Assembly (NCBI GenBank): GCA_041641295.1
Contig: JBEPYO010000001.1
Location: 288,001-352,000, forward strand
Length of the DNA: 64,000 nt
Direction: 5' to 3'
Source: Nitrososphaerota archaeon
GTDB taxonomy: Archaea > Thermoproteota > Nitrososphaeria_A > Caldarchaeales > Calditenuaceae
Shown here: in pieces, positions 58,850 to 64,000 of the stretch
Layout: every line of letters starts with the position of its first letter
Position numbering within the stretch: the stretch's first letter is position 1
Program-made: the position numbers and the translations under genes
The notes under the pieces: generated by a model
What the model saw: the letters and a program-made list of their open reading frames with translations, nothing else
Told to the model about the DNA's origin: nothing
Database searches by the model: none

Positions 58850-58923
58850 GCCCCGGTAGCTCAGCCCGGTAGAGCGGCCGCCTCGTAAGCGGCAGGTCGC
58901 GGGTTCAAACCCCGCCCGGGGCT
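58850..58923 (+). tRNA. tRNA-Thr(CGT), intronless
   Basis: GCCCCGG/CCGGGGC acceptor, U73, anticodon stem GCCGC/GCGGC with loop CT-CGT-AA, TTCAAAC T-loop. Confidence 0.95.
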
Positions 58924-59016
58924 CCTTCTAGCCAAGACCCTATAGTGGACAACTCAGCAGGAGAGAATACTTGGTCTTGGTCTAGGTCTAGACAATTCCA
59001 CTAATCTGTAGCTCGA

Positions 59017-59160
59017 TTACCACTTCGACTTGTCGCCCTCTAAGAGACCCTTCCCAACATGAGCCCTGTTGATATGCTTCGACAGCTCAGCCTTCGACTC
59101 GAAATACAAGTCGCAGTATGGGCAGCTAAACCTTGTGCCCACGTTTTTCTCAACACTCAC
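59017..59160 (-). CDS. single C2H2 zinc-finger protein (47 aa), not in ORF track
   Basis: MSVEKNVGTRFSCPYCDLYFESKAELSKHINRAHVGKGLLEGDKSKW; TTTTAATA about 25-30 nt upstream. Confidence 0.8.
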   Translation of the reverse strand: MSVEKNVGTRFSCPYCDLYFESKAELSKHINRAHVGKGLLEGDKSKW

Positions 59161-59243
59161 ACCCCGCGCTTCTTCGGCGAACTATTAAAATCTATGACTT
59201 CTTCCCACAAATACGACTAGACTTAACTAAATTATTGAGTATG

Positions 59244-59372
59244 TAGCCCGGGCCGGATTCGAACCGGCGTCACGGGGTCACTTCTCCCCCGTTTTGCGGG
59301 ATCCAAAGCCCCGCATCCTTGGCCCCACTCTATTCTGGCCAGGGAGTGGTTTGACCGCTAGACGACCGGGCT
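59244..59372 (-). tRNA. tRNA-Gln(TTG) with two BHB introns (59319-59350 at 21/22; 59279-59302 at 37/38)
   Basis: AGCCCGG/CCGGGCT acceptor (A1-U72, typical of archaeal Gln), CGGGG/CCCCG stem, loop CT-TTG-GA after splicing, 73 nt mature; TTAAATA upstream. Confidence 0.92.
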
Positions 59373-59420
59373 GTCCGGGCTAGGGATGTGGCGGGTGATA
59401 TTTAACTGGTTTTCGCTATT

Positions 59421-59603
59421 TCAAACAGTTTTCTCCACTTTGCCCGAGGTCTCCCTCCAGCACCCCATCCCCGTCTTCTCGCTTATCCAAGCGAGGAAGA
59501 TGTTTCGGAGGACTTCGGCGTCGCTGTTCCCCATCTTCCCCTTGAGCTGGCTGATGCACTGGTACTGCTCGTCTGTGAGAGTAACTAATACGTGCTTAAC
59601 CAT
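59421..59603 (-). CDS. ribbon-helix-helix (CopG-like) small regulator
   Basis: KHVLVTLTDEQY..I..L.GKMG.SD.EV.RNI..AW. Confidence 0.7.
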   Translation of the reverse strand: MVKHVLVTLTDEQYQCISQLKGKMGNSDAEVLRNIFLAWISEKTGMGCWRETSGKVEKTV

Positions 59604-59671
59604 CTCACCTATTCAGCTGCGCTTCTGGTTTTTAAAGGTTTATACCAGATTTATGAGGCTATAATACGGGC

Positions 59672-60541
59672 CTAAACTATTGCAACCGGGTTAACGGGGC
59701 TGGCCGTGGCCCCGCGGACTCTTAAGGGGCAGCATATGAATAGGAACTCGTAGACCCTGTCCCTTGAAAGCTCCTCCAAATTGAGGTTCTCAAGCATGAA
59801 TATGCCCCTCTCGACGATGAGGTGCTGGTGTACTGGCTCTTCGTGGGGTGTGCCCTGCGGCTCAACCTGTATCCTCTCAACAGATGGTGTATCTCCTCCG
59901 ACAAGTGTAACCCTCCGCGAGGATAGCCACCTCGCAACCTCGAGAGATATCCCGGGCATAGGCGGGCCAATGTAGCGCCTGTTGTCCCGGCCCCATAGCC
60001 CTCCCCATCCTGTCCTAAACAAGACCACATCACCCTCAGAGGGCTCGCTTAAGCCCTCAAACCTGAGGGTTTCGAGCATATCCTCCACCGTGATCAGGTA
60101 GTCATCGGGTAGGATGTCCCTTCCTTTAGCAGCGGCCACATCCACTAGGATGCCCCTAGTAATTATCGGTTGGAAATTCTCTGCACCCAGCTCTACAGTC
60201 CCTCTCTCCGACTCAACCTCGTCAACCACTACACCGCCATAGAGCCTATTCCCTATCGAGACATGGTTTAGGGCGTCTATGTGCGTCCCCGTGTGGTCTG
60301 ACATCTCCAGCCTAACGTTCATGGCGCCGAAGCTTCCGCGCCACATCCGCAGAGAGTCTTTCACCCGTCTAAAGGTTGAGTAGAATAGGGGCCCGTGGAA
60401 GGGGTGTGTAGGAGTGTGATCGTCTATAATCCAGCCGAGCTGGTAGATGCGCCCCTTCTTCACATGTGAGACTGACTGAGCAACCTTAGACTCGGACAAA
60501 TACTCTAAAGCACCGTACACCATACATTCTCCAACATGCAA
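59672..60541 (-). CDS. cyclase family metal-dependent hydrolase (kynurenine formamidase-like)
   Basis: HTGTHIDA..H, RTGW, GGDT, ENL.LE.L, GATASP. Confidence 0.9.
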   Translation of the reverse strand: MHVGECMVYGALEYLSESKVAQSVSHVKKGRIYQLGWIIDDHTPTHPFHGPLFYSTFRRVKDSLRMWRGSFGAMNVRLEMSDHTGTHIDALNHVSIGNRLYGGVVVDEVESERGTVELGAENFQPIITRGILVDVAAAKGRDILPDDYLITVEDMLETLRFEGLSEPSEGDVVLFRTGWGGLWGRDNRRYIGPPMPGISLEVARWLSSRRVTLVGGDTPSVERIQVEPQGTPHEEPVHQHLIVERGIFMLENLNLEELSRDRVYEFLFICCPLRVRGATASPVNPVAIV

Positions 60542-60611
60542 TCTCTGACCCCCTATATTTGATTTCAGATGAACGTGAAAATGTTATTGGGCGCGGCGAA
60601 GCTCTCTAAGC

Positions 60612-61616
60612 GTGGTTGACTTCGGGTATCATGTCCTGCCGGAGTGGTTTAGCCCCGAGAGGATAATAGAAGGCCTAGTCATGGCGGAGGAGGCCGGCTT
60701 CGCGGTCGGGTGGATAAGCGACCACTTCCACCCGTGGTTTGACGAGGGAGCACACTGCAGCTTCGCATGGACAATACTATCAACCACCGCCGAGAGAACC
60801 AAAACGATAAAACTAGGTACAGCCGTAACAGCGCCAATTCTTAGATACAATCCCGCTATTGTCGCGCAGGCGTTTGCTACGATGGATTATCTCTACCCTG
60901 GCAGGATTATCCTAGGCCTCGGGACAGGTGAGGCACTTAACGAGGTTCCAGTGGGATGTGGTTGGCCCAGCTTTAAGGAAAGGCTTGAGAGGCTTGAGGA
61001 GGCTGTTCAGATAATAAGGCTCCTCTGGAGGGGCGGATTTGTGGATTTCCGCGGAAAATACTACCGGCTGCGTGGTGCCAAGCTATACACCCTGCCCAAG
61101 TCAAGCATCCCAATCTACATAGCCGCCAGCGGCCCCTCAACGGCTTATCGGGCGGGGAAGCTGGGAGTCGGACTCATCACGCTCGCAGGCCTAGGCATAG
61201 ACTGGCTGAGGGATAATGTCTTGAGAAGCTATAGGCGTGGACTGGCAGACTCGGGGTTGGTCCAGTTGAAGCCAAGCATCGTGTGCGAAGTCATATGCTC
61301 ATACGACGAGGACGAGGAGAGGGCGTTGAAGAACTGCTGGCCCTTCGCAGCAACACTCCTACCAATAATCTTCAAGGCGAACGTACACGATCCTAGAGAG
61401 ATAGAGCAGTATGGCTACATGGTCAGAGAGGAGTTGATCAGGGAGCGCTGGATCGTTTCTCCCAACCCCGAAGACCATATAGAGAGATACTCTAAGCTTG
61501 CCGAGCTAGGCTTCACCCACATAGAGATCGTCGACATAAGCCCAGACCACAGGAAATTCATCAAGTTCTACAAGGAGAAGATACTCCCCTACTTCCAGCA
61601 GGCCAAGGGCGTTTGA
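60612..61616 (+). CDS. F420-dependent LLM oxidoreductase (G6PDH-like family)
   Basis: SDHFHPW, GTAVTAP..RY.PA..AQAFAT, GTGEALNE. Confidence 0.88.
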   Translation: MVDFGYHVLPEWFSPERIIEGLVMAEEAGFAVGWISDHFHPWFDEGAHCSFAWTILSTTAERTKTIKLGTAVTAPILRYNPAIVAQAFATMDYLYPGRIILGLGTGEALNEVPVGCGWPSFKERLERLEEAVQIIRLLWRGGFVDFRGKYYRLRGAKLYTLPKSSIPIYIAASGPSTAYRAGKLGVGLITLAGLGIDWLRDNVLRSYRRGLADSGLVQLKPSIVCEVICSYDEDEERALKNCWPFAATLLPIIFKANVHDPREIEQYGYMVREELIRERWIVSPNPEDHIERYSKLAELGFTHIEIVDISPDHRKFIKFYKEKILPYFQQAKGV

Positions 61617-61868
61617 CGCCATGCCCAAGGCCTCATCCTTCGTAACCCATAAGCTATGAGTAAGTGGTAGGCGGCCAAGGACCCGAATATAGGAGGGGCA
61701 ATATATAACTGATACCAGCTGCGAAGCCAAGATACATTCAGGTTTAAAAGTAAAGCGATCGGGCCTTCTAAGGCAGGTATTAAACACAATAAACCCAATA
61801 TAGCGTGGTATATCGCAAACCTCCTCGCCCTCCTCCAATCATAGTCCATGGACATGACACCATCCATC
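61589..61868 (-). pseudogene. membrane-protein fragment or short membrane protein
   Basis: Two hydrophobic helices ending GLRRMRPWAW, overlapping 3' end of LLM gene; N-terminus unclear, boundaries approximate. Confidence 0.35.
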
Positions 61869-62136
61869 AAAGATATGGATGACATCCTAAAAAATATTGA
61901 TAACCAGCCCGCACTCAGAGTAACACCCCGTCCAACATATGGACAAACTACTAAGATGCATACGGGGCAAGCTGCGAAACCCAAGCCAGTATACACATCT
62001 AGGCAGCCAAGCAACCAGCATAACCAGCAAGAGGGCGCAGCGCATTGTGCTAAGCAGAATTCTGTTTAGACGCTGTTTTTTGTATATCCGATATTTATAA
62101 AAGCATTTTTGATCCTGATAGTGATGGGTCAGGGTA

Positions 62137-62592
62137 GTGTCAATTCGGCTTCTTTTGGTAATTTTTACATTTGTGTTGTTTCCTTTGCTGGTGATAGCTG
62201 GTGTTGGATTTCTCGCTACTCAGTCTAGTGTCGAGCAGTCACGGAGAATAGTCTCTATTGAGATACCCAAGAATGCGCAGGACCCAACCCTCAATGTTTC
62301 ACTGGTTATGGTGGATGACGTTCCAGTTTCGGATGGTTGGTACCTTGTATCGTTGAGGGAGAGGCCTGCAATCCGCGTCGTCAACAAGAACGACCCCTTC
62401 GCAGCAGGAATAATCGTCTATAGGGTACTCTATTTTCCGAATGGTACGAAGTGGGGTGAGAGGGTCTATGAATCTCCCTTGTTTGGACCAGGCGAATCGG
62501 TGGTATACGAGTTCGACAGGCCTGGTGACTATGCTATCGCTACTGCTCCGTGGCCATGGCTGGGCTCAATCAAGATTAGGGTCACCCCATGA
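62137..62592 (+). CDS. membrane-anchored cupredoxin-fold protein lacking Cu ligands
   Basis: N-terminal TM; C-terminal SPLFGPGESVVYEFDRPGDYAIATAPWPWL. Confidence 0.6.
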   Translation: MSIRLLLVIFTFVLFPLLVIAGVGFLATQSSVEQSRRIVSIEIPKNAQDPTLNVSLVMVDDVPVSDGWYLVSLRERPAIRVVNKNDPFAAGIIVYRVLYFPNGTKWGERVYESPLFGPGESVVYEFDRPGDYAIATAPWPWLGSIKIRVTP

Positions 62593-62691
62593 ATGCGGGA
62601 CATGTCAGCCCAACTGTTACGTCGATTTTCATAGCGTTTTGTTCTAGAAACTTTATAAGACCACACGCAAAGCGCGTAATAGTATCCTTCC

Positions 62692-62958
62692 ATGTTTAAC
62701 GGCAGGGCTCGGCATGCTCAAAGGCTCTTTGGAATAGTCGGCACAATAGTATTTAGCGTCCTCATAATAGTAAGGGTTTTAGAGGGGGCTAGTCTGAGTG
62801 ATATTGTAACGCCATCGTCGTTGCTGATAATAGTCGTTATCATTTCAAGCATGTTCGTTAAACCGCCGGCTTCAATACGTCAGTATATCCCTCTAATTAT
62901 AGCTGCGGCCTTTCTGGCCGGCGTCATCATGGGTTTTCTCACTGGCTTTATTCGATAG
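62692..62958 (+). CDS. small three-TM membrane protein
   Basis: Three hydrophobic segments; CTTTATAA upstream. Confidence 0.6.
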   Translation: MFNGRARHAQRLFGIVGTIVFSVLIIVRVLEGASLSDIVTPSSLLIIVVIISSMFVKPPASIRQYIPLIIAAAFLAGVIMGFLTGFIR

Positions 62959-63135
62959 GGGGCCCGCTGAAGCCAGACGACATAGACTCTATCTACCTCA
63001 TCGAGCATAGCTCGCTTGGGGTCCTAGTGCAGGAAGCGCCGCTTCATACTCCTAGTGCTTTGGACGTATATACGTTGGGCGAGGCCTGCCATGCGCCTGA
63101 GAGATTTAAATTTAGATGATTCAATAAGGCTTGGT

Positions 63136-63873
63136 ATGAGCGGAGAGGAGAGACAGGGCACTGAGCCTCAGGCCGGGGCCGAGGAGCTGAGGGTGGCTCC
63201 GGGCAGCTTCGTCGAGCTAGACCTACTGATCAAGGTGAAGGATACTGGCGAGTTGGTGGACTCAACAATCGAGGAGGAGGCGAGAAAGGCCGGCTGGACC
63301 GGCGGAAACTTCAGGCCCAGGCTGACTATAGTGGGTAAGGGGTACCTGCTAAAACCCATCGAGGATGAGCTCATCAACATGAAGGTCTCGCAGCACAAGG
63401 TGTTTGAGCTTCCTCCGGAGAGAGCCTTTGGGGCCAGAGACCCCTCCAAGGTCAAGGTAATACCACTCCGGAGGTTTAAGGATGTAGACCAGCCGCTCAC
63501 TCCCGGGATGCGGGTAATCGTGGATGGGCGTGAAGGATATATACGGAGCATAGAGTCGGGCAGGGTTCAGGTGGACTTCAACCACAGACTCGCTGGAAAG
63601 ACCCTAGTCTCGGAGGTCTGGATAAGAAGAATCCTGACAGAAGACAAGGACAAAATACTGGGAATAGTGAAGATGCTACTCCCCGAGGCGACAGACGAGA
63701 ACACAAGCGTAGAGGTCAGCAGGCCCGAAGTATCCATTAGGCTTCCCAAGGAGAGCCGAACAATCTCAGGGATACAGCTTGTAAAGCAGTCAATTGCAAG
63801 GGAGATATTCGAAAACATCGATGGGATAACAAAGGTTACATTCATAGAGGAGTATCTGAAAGAGGAAGGTTAA
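63136..63873 (+). CDS. long-type FKBP peptidyl-prolyl isomerase (SlyD-like)
   Basis: PPERAFG.RDP, VDFNH.LAGKTL plus archaeal C-terminal domain; TTTAAA about 30 nt upstream. Confidence 0.92.
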   Translation: MSGEERQGTEPQAGAEELRVAPGSFVELDLLIKVKDTGELVDSTIEEEARKAGWTGGNFRPRLTIVGKGYLLKPIEDELINMKVSQHKVFELPPERAFGARDPSKVKVIPLRRFKDVDQPLTPGMRVIVDGREGYIRSIESGRVQVDFNHRLAGKTLVSEVWIRRILTEDKDKILGIVKMLLPEATDENTSVEVSRPEVSIRLPKESRTISGIQLVKQSIAREIFENIDGITKVTFIEEYLKEEG

Positions 63874-63906
63874 CTTTAAAACTGAATAATACCGATTCTC
63901 CGGCCG

Positions 63907-64000
63907 ATGGATATGGCGTGGATGGGCTCTTTCCTGCTACTCTTCTTCGGCGTCCTAGGAGTAGGTGTAGGCCTGATAATGGGCGGATACCTGACGGGGG
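63907..64000 (+). CDS. partial membrane protein (N-terminus only)
   Basis: MDMAWMGSFLLLFFGVLGVGVGLIMGGYLTG; CTTTAAAA about 30 nt upstream. Confidence 0.55.
   Translation, partial: MDMAWMGSFLLLFFGVLGVGVGLIMGGYLTG

Noticed and set aside
58850-63000. Integrated virus or plasmid at tRNA-Thr or tRNA-Gln
   Set aside because: No integrase, replication or capsid genes and no tRNA 3'-end duplication visible.
62959-63100. TCCTAGTGC repeated twice and N-terminal extension of the FKBP ORF
   Set aside because: Only two copies, so not a CRISPR array; TATA position favours the ATG at 63136.
1-64000. CRISPR arrays, rRNA, IS elements
   Set aside because: No regularly spaced repeats, rRNA-like segments or transposase ORFs seen; nearly all sequence is accounted for by genes.

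Overview
Gene-dense, mostly core region of a thermophilic archaeal chromosome. PolD large subunit plus Elf1, Spt4/RpoE', the exosome-proteasome operon, archaeal MAT, GGGP synthase and BHB-intron tRNAs point to a non-crenarchaeal TACK lineage such as Caldarchaeales/'Aigarchaeota' (inference). Contents: ROK kinase (partial); EtfB-EtfA-FixC/X fusion; nitroreductase, Elp3, NucS, MAT, Sm, PolD DP2, GGGPS, Elf1; guaB-purA-truD-rhomboid; type IA topoisomerase, RNase HI, moaA; psmA-SBDS-rrp4-rrp41-rrp42-L37ae-pfdB-DHH-ECF(AA'T); hom/ACT; a fragmented rpoD-L18e-L13 / S4 / S11 cluster; queD-queC; geranylgeranyl reductase; prpD-citrate synthase; acyl-CoA dehydrogenase; eIF2gamma-PIN-rpoE'-spt4-DPCK; OsmC with an internal stop; a four-subunit 2-oxoacid:ferredoxin oxidoreductase; a macrodomain protein; three tRNAs; and a small accessory patch. 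The most notable observations from manual reading are: (1) an intron-containing tRNA-Gly(CCC) whose spliced anticodon loop would be G32-C33-CCC-G37-G38 (no U33), with an intron base that pairs with the aberrant G32; (2) a tRNA-Gln(UUG) with two BHB introns; (3) CTG-initiated spt4 and probably ecfT; (4) three small proteins missing from the ORF track, namely a C2H2 zinc finger, a Cys/His peptide behind an inverted repeat, and a membrane peptide; (5) two ribosomal protein genes flipped out of their usual operons with the same 11-nt promoter motif. No CRISPR array, rRNA, transposase or integrase was seen. All calls are by motif recognition by eye, with no database searches.
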